A DNA stretch of 64,000 nucleotides from Vairimorpha necatrix. Its lineage: Eukaryota. The notes under the pieces are model-generated. The model saw only the letters and a list, made by a program, of their open reading frames with translations, did not search any database and was not told the origin of the DNA. The stretch covers positions 124,001 to 188,000 of the forward strand of contig CP142731.1 in NCBI GenBank assembly GCA_036630325.1, read 5' to 3'. Below are positions 1-12,508 of this stretch, in pieces (positions within the stretch are counted from its first letter, which is position 1; the number at the start of each line of letters is the position of its first letter). The position numbers and the translations under genes were made by a program.

Positions 1-464
1 TTCCTTTGATCCATTTTGGGAAGAAAATGCTCATCTGCTAGGTAATTAATAGCATTATCATGTTGAGAGAAAAACTCTTCAACGAATTCCTCGTTCTTCT
101 TCAAAGCTTTTTTTACATCGGATGTGATATATAATTTAACGCTTACTTTTTTGTTTTTATCATATAGATTCGCATTGTCAACCAAACAAAACAATATAAT
201 GTGGGACTTTATGTCTAATTTACTTACATAATACAAAGCTTTTACAAAATTAGAAAAAAGCGAACGACTAAGATGTTCTTCGGGGTTGTTTTTATTCACA
301 TTCTTGTAGACAGTAAACATATCTTCAATATCTAATGAACTGATTTTATCTGATTGTAGAGATGATTTTGCTGAAGATTTAGCTGGATTTATAGAATACC
401 AAGTAATCAGCCCAAAAATTAGTAACACAACTACAAAAGTAATCTTCTTTATGTTTACAATCAT
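1..464 (-). CDS. Hypothetical protein with N-terminal signal peptide/anchor, partial (runs off the window start)
   Basis: Manual translation from ATG at 464: MIVNIKKITFVVVLLIFGLITWYSINPAKSS..., open without stops to position 1; hydrophobic N-terminus. Absent from the ORF track, presumably because it has no stop in the window. Confidence 0.75.
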   Translation of the reverse strand, partial: MIVNIKKITFVVVLLIFGLITWYSINPAKSSAKSSLQSDKISSLDIEDMFTVYKNVNKNNPEEHLSRSLFSNFVKALYYVSKLDIKSHIILFCLVDNANLYDKNKKVSVKLYITSDVKKALKKNEEFVEEFFSQHDNAINYLADEHFLPKMDQR

Positions 465-994
465 ATGAGGAGGTTGAAAAACTATTTTAAAAAATAAACA
501 AAAAAGAAGAGTTTTTGTGTAAGTTTTATCTAATAAAGAATTTTTCAGTTGGAAAATTCCAATCTCTCGTTCTGACGTATTTCTGTTTTATACGTAACTC
601 TAGATCTTTTTATATGATTATTTCAAAATTATAATTCTAAATAATCAGAAAATGTAAAATTATGATATCATATGAGTTTATATACATAATATTATTTTAT
701 TATGTCGTAGTCGATCAAAAATCAGCCAAAAATCTTTCGACAAATGTAAGTTAGATTGGCTACTAAAACTATTTAAAAACATTTCCAAAAGAGGGCATGG
801 GAAATATATATAAAATACTTGGCATAGTATTTTCCTTTTTTGGTCATTATTAATAAAATAATCATTGTTTTTTTGAATTAAATATTTTTAAGTAGACATA
901 TAAATGGCTCATTTCGTAGATACATCACTTTAAGCTTACAATTAATCCATACGTGTTATATACTAACATGATTTTGTGATGTAACAATAATAAC

Positions 995-1308
995 TGTCAG
1001 GCGACGAACCTACGCTGACAATATGAATCCCCAAATGTGATTGATTCTTATTTAATACAAATGTGAAGGATGATAAAAGTGACAGGTGAATAATTAATAT
1101 TGAATACGAGCATTTAGAGAGTTACTTTTATTTAGCAATTTACTCTTTTCGGAATAGACCGTCGAAATGGTCTATTCGAAATATTTCCTATTTATTTATT
1201 TTCCAGCCCTTACCCTTCACCGTATGTATAACTAACAATCCAAATAAATCTGTTATTGATACTTCGTCGTTTATTTCAGATCAGACCTCGTGTCTGATCT
1301 GAAATAAC
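995..1308. repeat. ~310-bp element with three hairpins (candidate solo LTR or structured ncRNA)
   Basis: TGTCAG..CTGACA hairpin (995-1020); GAATAGACC/GGTCTATTC (1152-1177); perfect 16-bp IR TTATTTCAGATCAGAC/GTCTGATCTGAAATAA (1271-1307); internal CCC and AATAAA; ATAAC at 990-994 and 1304-1308. Confidence 0.35.
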
Positions 1309-4084
1309 TATCAAGTTTCAATTTTTTACGGATATTTATACTTTAAAGCATTATACATGAATTACTTCACTTCTTTTAGATTTGATTTGCATGTAATCGA
1401 ATTCGTCAAATTGTAAGCATCTAATTTAAATAATTATAATTACACTAAATGAACATTCCAAGTAAAAGTTTTGATTTTATTAAAGAAATTATTTAATTAT
1501 TTATGATCAAAGTCGTTATTTGTAAAAAAAACTCGTTATATATTTCACCTTCCATAAAATTTTAACGCCTAACTTTGTTTTTTAAAATTGAAAAATAAGA
1601 ATATAAAAACCTGTAGTTATTATATTTATCATCTTACACGATGTGTGTTGATCTCTTTTTAATATTCTCTTTTATCAAAATGAGTTTTTTTCGTTTTATC
1701 ATAAGGAACTGTTTTTTTATATTTTCTAGATCAATAATAAAAAAAGGAAAATTTTAGAGAATATCTAAATATAAAGTAGAAACTATTTGCTAATAACCTA
1801 TATTCAAAGTATTTTTGGTTTTTAAATCCACTGATCTATTAAATCTCCGTAAATTTATAATTTTATAATAATTATGATGTTTTTGTTTGAATAATTCAAC
1901 ATTTAAAAAATAATGTTCCCAATTAAAAATCCGAACGTCTAAAAAATTGTTCAAAAATATTATTTATGTTCTGTCTATGAAAAAGAAGAATTTTTAGAAT
2001 TTAAAAAGTTTAAATAATTTTCTGATTGGTATATTAAATTATCTAGACACGAATTTTGTTTTAATAAGTAGATTTGTACATTTAAACTTTCTTAGGTCAA
2101 TTAGTATGCTGTAAACCATTTATGATTTTTTTTGTAGGAATCTTTCCCGCATCTCCAAAAACAAAAAAAAAATGAAAACTTGTCTTTGTCTCACTAAAAT
2201 TTTTACATCTGAATACTTAACATATCATTTGTAAATATTGTATTTCCCATCATACTTCGTCATCAAATATTTAAAAAATGTAAATAAATCAGTTACTTTT
2301 TTTTTACCTAATATATTATTTATCAGACATTGACAAAAGGAAACAACAAATTAATAATGTAGAAATATTAAAGAAGTAACCTCTATGGTAAATTTAAATA
2401 TAATCATTAACTTTGTTAGATCTTTTTGGAATTATTAAATTATATTGAGATCATATACGATTTGTAGGGAGCAATGGCTTATAGGTAAGGAACAAAAATT
2501 GTAAAAAAATATTCACGGTACGATTTTAACACGACTAAATTTAAAAACATTTTAAAAAGAAATTAATTGCAAAACAGATGGCACAAATGATACTTAAGTC
2601 AGTATAATTATGGTTATCATTATATTATTCAGTCAGTTTTTAACAAGTTTAACAATAATTTTTTATTAGCGGCTCTTCTGGTATGTGTCAGCTTTCCATT
2701 GGTATAGACGCTAAAAACTTTGCTTAGTCTGGTATTCCGAATATCATTTAATAGAATTAATTTATGAAGCTATTATCGGGTACATTTTATAATTTACCCC
2801 CCCCACTGCCACACTTCATATTTAATTCCACCATCTTCTAGCTACCTCTACTATCTTTCTTATTTCCAGATCCATTTTCACCGAGTCCCAGCAGGTGTTC
2901 AAAGGAGATGCTCTTTAGGGTTTTCTTTATAATTCTCATTTGGATGTAACCTTCGGTACTAGTCGATAGGCAGATGGCATTAATATAATTGCTATGGTAT
3001 TTTGTCACAATTCCGTCCTATTTCATGACGTATGGTATTATTTCAAATAGCGTAAGATATATTCATAAAAATTTCCCTCCATATTTCAGTTTCTCCTCCT
3101 ACAAGTAAAAAAATATTTTATCCTTAGAAGGGTACGATAATGACGACGAAGACGAAATATACACCAAGTAACATTAACCAAATTCACAATATTATTTTAG
3201 ACACGCTTCTCGGGGGTGGATACCACACTTAGATTTCTCTTCTGGTTGCCCATGCCATTCTTTACAAAAATAAATATCTATAAGAAAAAAATCTTAGAAA
3301 TATTTTTCTCAAAAAATGTTTAAATAAAAAATTGATTTTCTTGACACATAGATAATATCATAAATTCAATCAAATTAAGAACGTAACTTTGTAAATCTTT
3401 ATAAAGTTATCATGAATGGGTAGTGGAGGCAGTATTAATTAAAGATGTCTGTTCAAATTAAATATGATGTTATATCTAAAAAGAAATTAGAAAAGCGTTA
3501 TGGTGGTGCTACCAGGGATGAGGGGATAGTAAGTAATAAAATAAAATTCTCAACCTGCAATATATATTTATGAGAATTATATTTATTTAATTGCCCCGGT
3601 GGCCGGATGGGTTGATCCTAGGCTTTAAATAAGGCGTAATGTTTAGACATTTTGTTGTTTGGGCTGTTGTAATTCTCTTATCATCTTGAGATAATTGTTG
3701 GGGTAAAAGAAAAAATTTTGGGAAATAATATTTAAGGCAAATAAAATAAAATTGAAAATTTATTTGAACAATATTAGAACTACAATCTACGTACTTGTAA
3801 GAATAAAGCTCTTAAACGTAAATAAAAGAAAAAATTTAATGATAAAGGAAATTTTGTAGCATCATGTCTTCGTATGAAACTGATCCCACTAGCTTTTTGA
3901 TTTTTTTTTAAAAGGGTTTCAAGGAAGAGAAAAAAGTCAGTCTTAGACAAGATTCTCTAAATAATATAACTTTATCGTTTAATTTAGTTTAAAGATAGAT
4001 TTTTAATAAATATAAAATTGTTTCGCAATCAATAGATTAAATGACGCTCGATAATATATGTAAAATGAAATAAATTTTAATAAA

Positions 4085-5064
4085 TCATAGTGTATTATTT
4101 TCAAAGAACTTTTTAAGATAATATTCATTCTTTTCATTATTCTTTGGCAAAGTCGATTTAGAATGTAAAACATCTTTGATTTTTTTTGTTTCCAATTTAG
4201 TACTATCTGTAGCTTTATCTTTTTTAATATCACCTTCTGACTCTTCTGTTGAATAATCTAACGCCGGAAGATCCACATCTTGAATCAAATCTTGTGTTTC
4301 AACAGTTTTCGTGTTAATTGGAGTATACTTGTTTACAGTTATTGCCTTTTCTTGTATTAGTACGTGTGATTCTGCAGTAGTATATTCTGTTGAATTAATA
4401 TGAGGATTTGCAAACATATTTTCATTATATAATTGTATAATTCGCCACGGACAATCATAATCTATTTTAAGATCAACGAATTTCGAAACTACAAGTTTAA
4501 GATCTTCTATTTCGTTTAAATCTTTAAAAGAAGAGTAAAAACTCAAATCGAAAACTAAATCATAGCTATGATAAGCTAAATATGCAAAAAGATGACCAAT
4601 TGGTTTCAGCTTTCGTGATATATTTTTTTTCGATAAGAATTTTGTTATTAATTTTTTAAAGAGAAATCTTAAATCATACAAGGGATTTGCACTCGACATA
4701 TATAATCCTATACGTATTAATTTACTTACATCTTTATGCATTATAAGAGCATAGAATACAACATCAGATGCATTAAAAATGGCTTGCCAATTAACTTTGA
4801 ATAATGGAGTTTTTTCTGTTTAACTTGATAACTATCCGAACAATTAAATTTGCTGGTATCGATTTTATTAAATAAAACTAAATTATGAGCATCAAATTTT
4901 GTAATATTAGGATTATTTAGATTTCTAACTATAAAATCATCATCGTACACATTTATTTTATTTCTGTAAGAAGGTATATTCTCGGGATCCAAAATTTTTT
5001 GTATTACAAAATTAGAGTTGTTTTTTGAAGCTGCAATTGATAAAATAGAGATACATATTAACAT
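4085..5064 (-). pseudogene. Secreted CxW-family protein split by a 1-nt frameshift (ORFs 4741..5064 + 4085..4741)
   Basis: CCCCAA-ATG start and signal peptide MLICISILSIAAS. Adding one A to the A6 run at 4810-4815 joins the two ORFs (…QKKTPLFKVNWQAIFNASDVVFYALIMHKD…), matching the paralog's …INWSALFTASEIVFEALMANID…. Could be an assembly error rather than a true pseudogene. Confidence 0.75.
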
Positions 5065-8000
5065 TTGGGGTGTTAATAAATAGTTTATAAAATCTTTTGA
5101 TATAATTTATAACGATAGATTTTTTTAAAAATATGTTAAGATAAAAAAGTTAATTCAAATCTAAATACTTTTAAAAGTAACTTAATAAAATATGTTTTTG
5201 TAAAATTTTATTTTAAAATTAACATATATAATTACGGTTTAATGGCACAAAATGACTGTAAAAACAACAAACATTTGCGATCAAATAAATCAAAATACAA
5301 ATTCCATACGTTAAAATCTACCAAAGACATAAAATCACTATAAAGGTAGAACCGTACATCAAGATGATCAAGCTAAATAAGCTGCTTGAAAGCATTTCTC
5401 TGGACTACCGAAAGAGAAAATACGAAGCCGATGCGGAAAGGACTATAATCCGAAAGATACCTACAAAAAGAAGACTCTAACCTTTGACCTATCCTTGTTA
5501 TATTAGAAGTATTAACTACGTTAGCTACCCAAATGAATTTCTTTACTTATGAGGATATAAAATATATAATTCATAAAATATTTGTGTTTTAAATCATTGT
5601 AAATATAATTAAAGAACTGGATTACAATTCTATTGCATTATTTAAAACAAATTAAGGCGACAATATATGATTTTTGTGTTGAAATTTAATATAGTTAAGA
5701 GCACAGCCCATTAGGGTTTAAAATTTGTGTATTGCCTTTATGTTATATATTATTTTTTTTGGTAATATAAATTTATAAAAAACTAAACATATTTAGCTAA
5801 GGATTTTTGTATTTTTAGGTTTTTTCAATTCAGATCTTTATAGAATTCTATTTTTGCTATATTATATTATTTCAAGATTAGGTTTTCATATCTAATAAGA
5901 TTAAAATAACCCTCTCTTAATTTTTGAAACAACCATAGATTCAGTTATTATTCGATTAAATTATAAGAATATATAAAATAAAATTTAAACTACACACAAA
6001 CAAAAGAACATAGCCCAAACAGTAAAAAATTATTTCATAGATTTTTTAATCCCGAAATTAGAAAATATTAAGCAAAATATATATATTCTTTCAATTAAAT
6101 AAATATCGATATTACATGTTTAGATTGTGGTAAAATAATATTTATTTAATTCAAGTTGGGGAAATCGATACTCTCTATGACTTACAGTATATAGAAAGGA
6201 AATTTTCACAATTAGTGCAGTAACATTTCATATAATTTCTTATTTTTAAATATTAAATATATTTGCGCTATAAAGTTGACGTAGGATCAATAAAAAAAAC
6301 TTTCATGTTAGGACGCGTCTACTTTTTTAAAAAATTCTAAAAATCTAAAATATTAATATTTTATAAAACAGAAATTTGTTTTGTTACAAGAAACAGTATA
6401 ATCTTTTAATTTTCCTTTCCAGTTAATAATGGCAACACAATATATATATATATATATATCTCTAACAATTGCTGTACTTAGATATGTTTTTACAGCTTAG
6501 TTGCCCACTTTATTATGTGCAATTTATAGAATAAAGAACAAAAAAAACTTAAACGCAAAGAAGATATAGATGACTCTCGCATTTAGGGGAAATTTTAAAT
6601 AACCAAGATATGGGTAAAATTCAGTCAACGTGTTAGGTTTCTTATTAGATTTGAAGTAAATAAAACGACCAATGTTGTTACCTAGAGGCAAATGTATGTA
6701 GTCTGAGGCTTAGATTTGCAGGAAATCTTCTTAAGAGACATATATTTTTTTTTTAATTTCTTTAACTAGTTTTATTCTCAACCTACTTCAATCATTTGAC
6801 AAGTAAATTCTAGAGGACTAGTAAATATTGTTTTCAAATATTTGTTATGGTATTGATGCCTGTAAAATGTGATGTTAATTTTACTCTCTAAAAAATTAAA
6901 CGATAATTCGGTACAATATTTTCGAAATATAGAGAAGAGTGCTAATCATTATTAAGAATAGATTGCAATCACACTGTTCATATTAAACTGAAATTTAATG
7001 TTAGACTCGAAATTAAGTAAATAATTATAATAGCGAAAGAAAAATAAACAAACTACAAACAAAGCCTTAACCAAAATAATAATAAAAATATAAGAATTCT
7101 ATACATGTATGTTTTTTTTAATGTATTATAACATAGAGCTCTTGAGCCTATTTTATGACATTTTATAAAAAATTTATTTATTTCGGTTTCTGTTTTTTCA
7201 AATTGTTTTTGTTTTCATATTTAATTTTATACGTGGCGGAATATTTCCATAAGTTTTTCGATTTATACTAATGCATTTTCTTTTTTACTGCGTTTTTTTG
7301 TTACTTAAAGACAATTCCATATTTATTAAAATCATTTAGAATTGGCTTTTTATTATTGAATGAAGATATCTTTCTATCCTTATTATATATTTTGATAGTA
7401 GATGTTTTAATAGCTTTTTTCTAAATTTTAAATTTTCTTTTTTTTTTTTTTGAACGGTTACAAAGCAATTCGGCTCAAAAGAAGAAATCGTTTTTTACCA
7501 ATTTCGTATCATTAGACATTATGAGCATGGATAATCCTTTACGTCTACAAAAAATAATTATCATTTTTTTAATTAATTTAATTCTTTAATGACGTTTTTT
7601 GATTTGTGACATTTAATTAATTTTTTACTGTTTTCTATTTATTAAGTATTAATATTAAAAATATAGAATAAATTTTTAAATTATCTATCTATCAGATCTA
7701 CTAGATTATTAAAAGAATTTTATTGAATTTTTAACTAATTTTTTCGTGCTTTTAAAATCTCTAATTCATCCATTTTACTCTTATTATATTTAAATATTTA
7801 AAAATGCACTTTCATTTTATAATTAAAGCATTAACATCTTGTAATTCTATTTTTATTTTGTTAACATTTATGTAAAACTCTGTTCTGAACTTTCGCTAGA
7901 ATTATTTTATCAATTCTTTAACTCTTTAACAAATAATTTCAAACCCGTTATAACGATATAATTTAAAAAGAAGTTAGAAAATTGAGTTATGAGTTTTTAA

Positions 8001-8436
8001 ATGTCTTATTAAAGTTAAGAGTATTTGATCTAGATTTTAAATTACACTTTTGCTAAAAATACAATTTCTAATGTTTTCAAATTTATTGTTTCACTTTTTA
8101 TAATTATTTGATCACAAAAAGAAATTCATATCAAATAAAAATTAGTGAATCAATAAGTAAAATATGTTTTCAAATTAATAAATTTAAATCTAGTTCAAAA
8201 ATAGACAAATTAACTTAAAAAATAGTTCTTAGGGAGAATATTTGTAACTTACAGATACTAGATACATAAAATGAATGCTCAATTTAATTGTGAAACATTT
8301 TTTGTTTCTTTAAGATCATTATATGATATTTCTCGATGTATTCCCTACACAAAAACAATTATTTTTTAGACCACGTTTATTAAAAGAAATTTTTATTTTT
8401 CTCCTTTTAATAAAATTTTTTATTTTTTAACCCCTT

Positions 8437-9768
8437 ATGAATCTGTTGTCAAAAATCAAATTTATTATTTTTATAAATTTCTCATGCTATTTGTGTTCGC
8501 AAGGACCTTCTAGCCGACGAATAGACGTCGAGAATAATGCTTATGGCGAATACTTTATACAAAGATCTAGTGAAAATTTAAACCAAACAAGTAATGACGA
8601 TTATAAAAAGGAAATCGATGCGTTCTATTTAACTTTTCAAGATTACTTTAATGATAAAGTAAACAAACTAAAATTACCAGGAAAACCCACGATCCTTTGT
8701 AGACGTGACAATTTTGTGCTTTCTGTTGTATCTTGGATTTGGGTCTTCAAGATTATGGATTGGTTTAACTGTGAACACACAGTAAAGTTTCTTAAAGAAG
8801 CAGGAGCTGATTGTGGTGGTCTCACTAGAGAGTACTTCACAAATGCCATAGATAAATATTTTATCGAAGAACGTAACTTGTTGTACTCTCCAAATGGAGA
8901 TTATCAGAATTTTTTGCCTTATAAAAACGCTAAATTAAATCATAATATAAGAAGATTAAGTTTTAATGCCCTAGGTTCAATACTTGGCTTAATAATACAA
9001 AAAAAGCTTACCGCTGACGTAAGATTGAATTTGATTGTTTGGAAAATTATTAGAGGAGAAAAAATAACCAAAAACGATCATATAAATGTTGATCCCGAAA
9101 TTTATAAAAATTTATTGAAATTAAAAAAATCTCCGGAGCTACTTAAACGATCAAAACTTAAATTTGAAGACATGTACGGTAAGGAATTGAAAGAAAATGG
9201 GTCAAATATATACGTTGACAAATCCAATATTGATGATTACATAGAGAAACTTTTACGAGCTAACTTTGAAGAAAATATAAAAGAAGAATGTGGATGGATA
9301 AGTGAAGGGATATTTGCAGTAATTCCCGAAAAAAAATTTAAGATGTTATCAATTGCTGCACTTTTGAAGATAATTGGAGGAGAAAATATCATCGATTTTG
9401 AAGATTGGAAGGCTCATACTATTTATGATAAAAATTATACTGCTGGTTCTGATCAAATAAAATGGTTTTGGGATATAATTAAAGATTTTAATCAAAAAGA
9501 CAGAGGCAAAGTTTTACAATTTGCGACTGGTTTAAATAAACCCCCGATGGGAGGATTTAAGAATTTCAGGTATAGAAGTATAATGAAGAATTTTAATATT
9601 TGTTTACCGGGACTTAAAGATGGATGTAAAGGTTATGATGAACAACTTCCAGAGGCAGCCACCTGTAATTTTACTCTGAAGCTTCCGTTATATTCGAGTA
9701 AAGCGATACTAAAGGAAAAATTAGTTATGGCAATGCATTGGATTGATAGTGGTTTTCAATATATTTAA
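8437..9768 (+). CDS. HECT-domain E3 ubiquitin ligase with N-terminal signal-peptide-like sequence
   Basis: HECT motifs VKFLKEAGADCGGLTREYF, IDFEDWKAHTIY, QIKWFWDII, KVLQFATG, catalytic LPEAATCNFTLKLPLYSSK, and -4 Phe at the C-terminus (GFQYI); CCCCTT-ATG start. Confidence 0.95.
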   Translation: MNLLSKIKFIIFINFSCYLCSQGPSSRRIDVENNAYGEYFIQRSSENLNQTSNDDYKKEIDAFYLTFQDYFNDKVNKLKLPGKPTILCRRDNFVLSVVSWIWVFKIMDWFNCEHTVKFLKEAGADCGGLTREYFTNAIDKYFIEERNLLYSPNGDYQNFLPYKNAKLNHNIRRLSFNALGSILGLIIQKKLTADVRLNLIVWKIIRGEKITKNDHINVDPEIYKNLLKLKKSPELLKRSKLKFEDMYGKELKENGSNIYVDKSNIDDYIEKLLRANFEENIKEECGWISEGIFAVIPEKKFKMLSIAALLKIIGGENIIDFEDWKAHTIYDKNYTAGSDQIKWFWDIIKDFNQKDRGKVLQFATGLNKPPMGGFKNFRYRSIMKNFNICLPGLKDGCKGYDEQLPEAATCNFTLKLPLYSSKAILKEKLVMAMHWIDSGFQYI

Positions 9769-12074
9769 TAAACTTATTTAGTTAAAAATGTAGTCCACTA
9801 CTGAGTTCGTTATTTTTAATTGTATTTTGGTTATTACCTAATTTTTTTTTAGTTTTTACAAGCTAAATGAAATTATTGTTAAAAGAATATATTACATTCT
9901 GTCATTACATCTTTACTGTTTATACGAATAAGTTTTAGTTTTAAGGACAACTTATCGATGTTATATGAAATTATCGTCAATTAAAGTTAATGAACTATCA
10001 AAGAAATTATAAATTACACTTTAAACAAGTGTAACATAGTAAAAGTACACATGCATACTTAATAATATTTATTTTACTTGAGACGATACTTAGAAAAAAA
10101 AATTTTGTATTATATAAACATTAAAATTAAAAATATTGACTGGTATTTTAATTATATTCTTAAAATCTATTGTAATTACATTATTCAAGTATACATTTGA
10201 AAAAAAGAAACAAAAACAACTAAACGATTTTCACAATTGATTTAGATCTTGTCTAAGTTAGATATCACCAAGAACTGTAAAATCACACAACTAGTATTAA
10301 ATTAGTAAGTAAATCAAGAAAAAAAATAAGTAAGCCTTTCAGTTATTTCGCAGTCAGAGGACCAGCAGATTTATTTTTTTGAATACACTTTAAATATTGT
10401 CAGGACCTTAAATGAAGATAGAGTTTCTTTTATTAAAGTATTAGAGCAAATTTATAAACTAGATGGTACAAAGGATCTTATATCTGGTTCTGCAAACAAT
10501 TATCTAAAAAAATTTTTAGAAGGAAAAATTTTCATTAATGTATATCTATAAATAAAAATTTATATTCGAAAAACAATCTATACATTATAAAAAAATGTTT
10601 TAGATATTGAAAATTTAGAAGCGTGAGAAAAAATTTGATATAGTGTCATCTAAACATATTTTAAATACAAAAAATAAGATAGTACTAACACGTATAAATA
10701 AATTTATACCTCTAAATGGTATTATTTTGCTGTATTGAAATCTTAAAAAAATCAATATGATTTTCAATAGCCAAAGGCACAAAATGCAAATTGTACATAG
10801 AAAACAAGTAATAAGATAGAGCTGAATTGTTATGTGAGCTAGGGCGGCCGAAATTTATCTTACTATCATCACTTGAAATCAACTATAAATTCCGAAGAAA
10901 ATATAGCAAAATTCATATTTTATTTTTAAAATCTTGTAGTTATGCCCAAGAGTTAAATTGCGCACTAAAATTACTTCAAGAATAATTGTAATTTTTTTTA
11001 AACTCAATGTTTTTGCTTCCGGAAATGTTTAGTCTGGAATTTTAATGATATGTCGGTAGCATGAATATCTTAAAAATTAAAACGAAACCTAATCAAGAAA
11101 CCTTAAAAAAAGAAAGATTTATAATTAATTGCATTCTTCTTCATACAAAAGTCATCTGTTTTTATGTCGTCTTCTTCTTATTTTTTTTTGATTTTATATC
11201 AAATTATATCTTCTTGTTGAGTTTTGCTACTTTAACAATATTTTTGTATAGTTCGTCTCTAATTCGTAATACATTTTACTATCTCTACGTTCCATGTTTA
11301 GTTATTTATCTATTTGAAATAAATCTAGGTGTTGAATAGATGAACAATTGGTGTCATAATTGAGGCGATAATATCCTTTCTATTACTGTATAATAACAAA
11401 ACACTTTAAAAAATAAAAAGATACAGTATATTATACTGAACAAAAATGGTAATATGAAATTAAAATATACTACCAATTTGTCTGAAAAAAAAAATTGGTT
11501 AAATTAAATGTAAATTTAGACATTAGAATGCAAATAGGTTGTTGTATTTTCCTTACAACTTTGTAAATCTATTGAATTTTTTTTGACAGATATACAAATT
11601 TTTTTTAAAACTTTACAAATCAAAAGTTTGTTGTATGATTTCTGAAGGACAACATACAAAATGTTGTTGTCTGCCCGAAGATTCCAGGTTAATTGTATTC
11701 TAGGTTTAATGTCTCATAGTAATCATTTGATTTTGTGTCTCTCTTTATTTCAATTTCTGGAGAAAAATCATAATTTACAGTTTAATATTTATTCTTTTTG
11801 ATATTTTTTAGATTTGGGTTTTTTAAATATATAAAATAGTGTTATAATAAAGCGTTAGTAAAAACAAATAGTGTGCTCTGCGAAGACAGTATAGACTGTG
11901 CCATGAAAGATTTATTAATCACTCTTACCATTATTTATATCGTGCTTTGTTTTTTAAGATATATATATTAATAAATTATAAAATATTCATCAACAACGTC
12001 TAAAATTTTTGTAAATATTGTAATTTTGTAAATTTTTTTATGTACTCAGTCTAAGATATTTTTAAAATAATAAA

Positions 12075-12122
12075 TGTGATATATTTGTATAATTTCTATC
12101 CCCATTATGATAAATAAAGACA
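12075..12122 (+). mobile_element. Solo copy of the 49-bp LTR of Ty3/gypsy element 1
   Basis: TGTGATATATTTGTATAATTTCTATCCCCATTATGATAAATAAAGACA, identical to 28478-28526 except for one C missing from the C run; no PBS follows. Confidence 0.9.
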
Positions 12123-12470
12123 TTATTTAACAAATGCATATAAAATTTTGCGTTAACTAATATTATTTACCTTATAACTGTACAGCAATTTTAAAGATTT
12201 CTTTTGTGATAAAGTAGTACTTGGTGATTAAGTCATAGGGCAACCATATAAATTTTATACTTCGCATTTTTTATTACAATGTTGATTATAAAATAGCGGC
12301 CGTGCTCATTAACATAATAGATTTACTTTATGAATGTCTTCATACGGCAAACATTTCTTTCTTTGACTACAGACTTGCCATCACATAAATATATCTGCCA
12401 TGTGCTTGTTAAATTATATTTTTACAAGTCTTTATAAAAATGTTTAACCTTGTTTCTATTTACTATTTTA

Positions 12471-12508
12471 TGTGATATATCTGTATCATTTCTATCCCAT
12501 TATGATAA
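12471..12508 (+). mobile_element. Degenerate, 3'-truncated copy of the element-1 LTR
   Basis: TGTGATATATCTGTATCATTTCTATCCCATTATGATAA aligns to the 49-bp LTR with 2 substitutions and a shorter C run. Confidence 0.75.

Noticed and set aside
2780-3260. GC-richer tract ending in a G8 run on the minus strand (PPT-like)
   Set aside because: Probably TE debris, but no LTR, ORF or protein motif could be recognised.
12075-12508. TRIM-like element formed by the two LTR copies
   Set aside because: No PBS after the first copy, no PPT before the second, no TSD, and the copies differ in decay.
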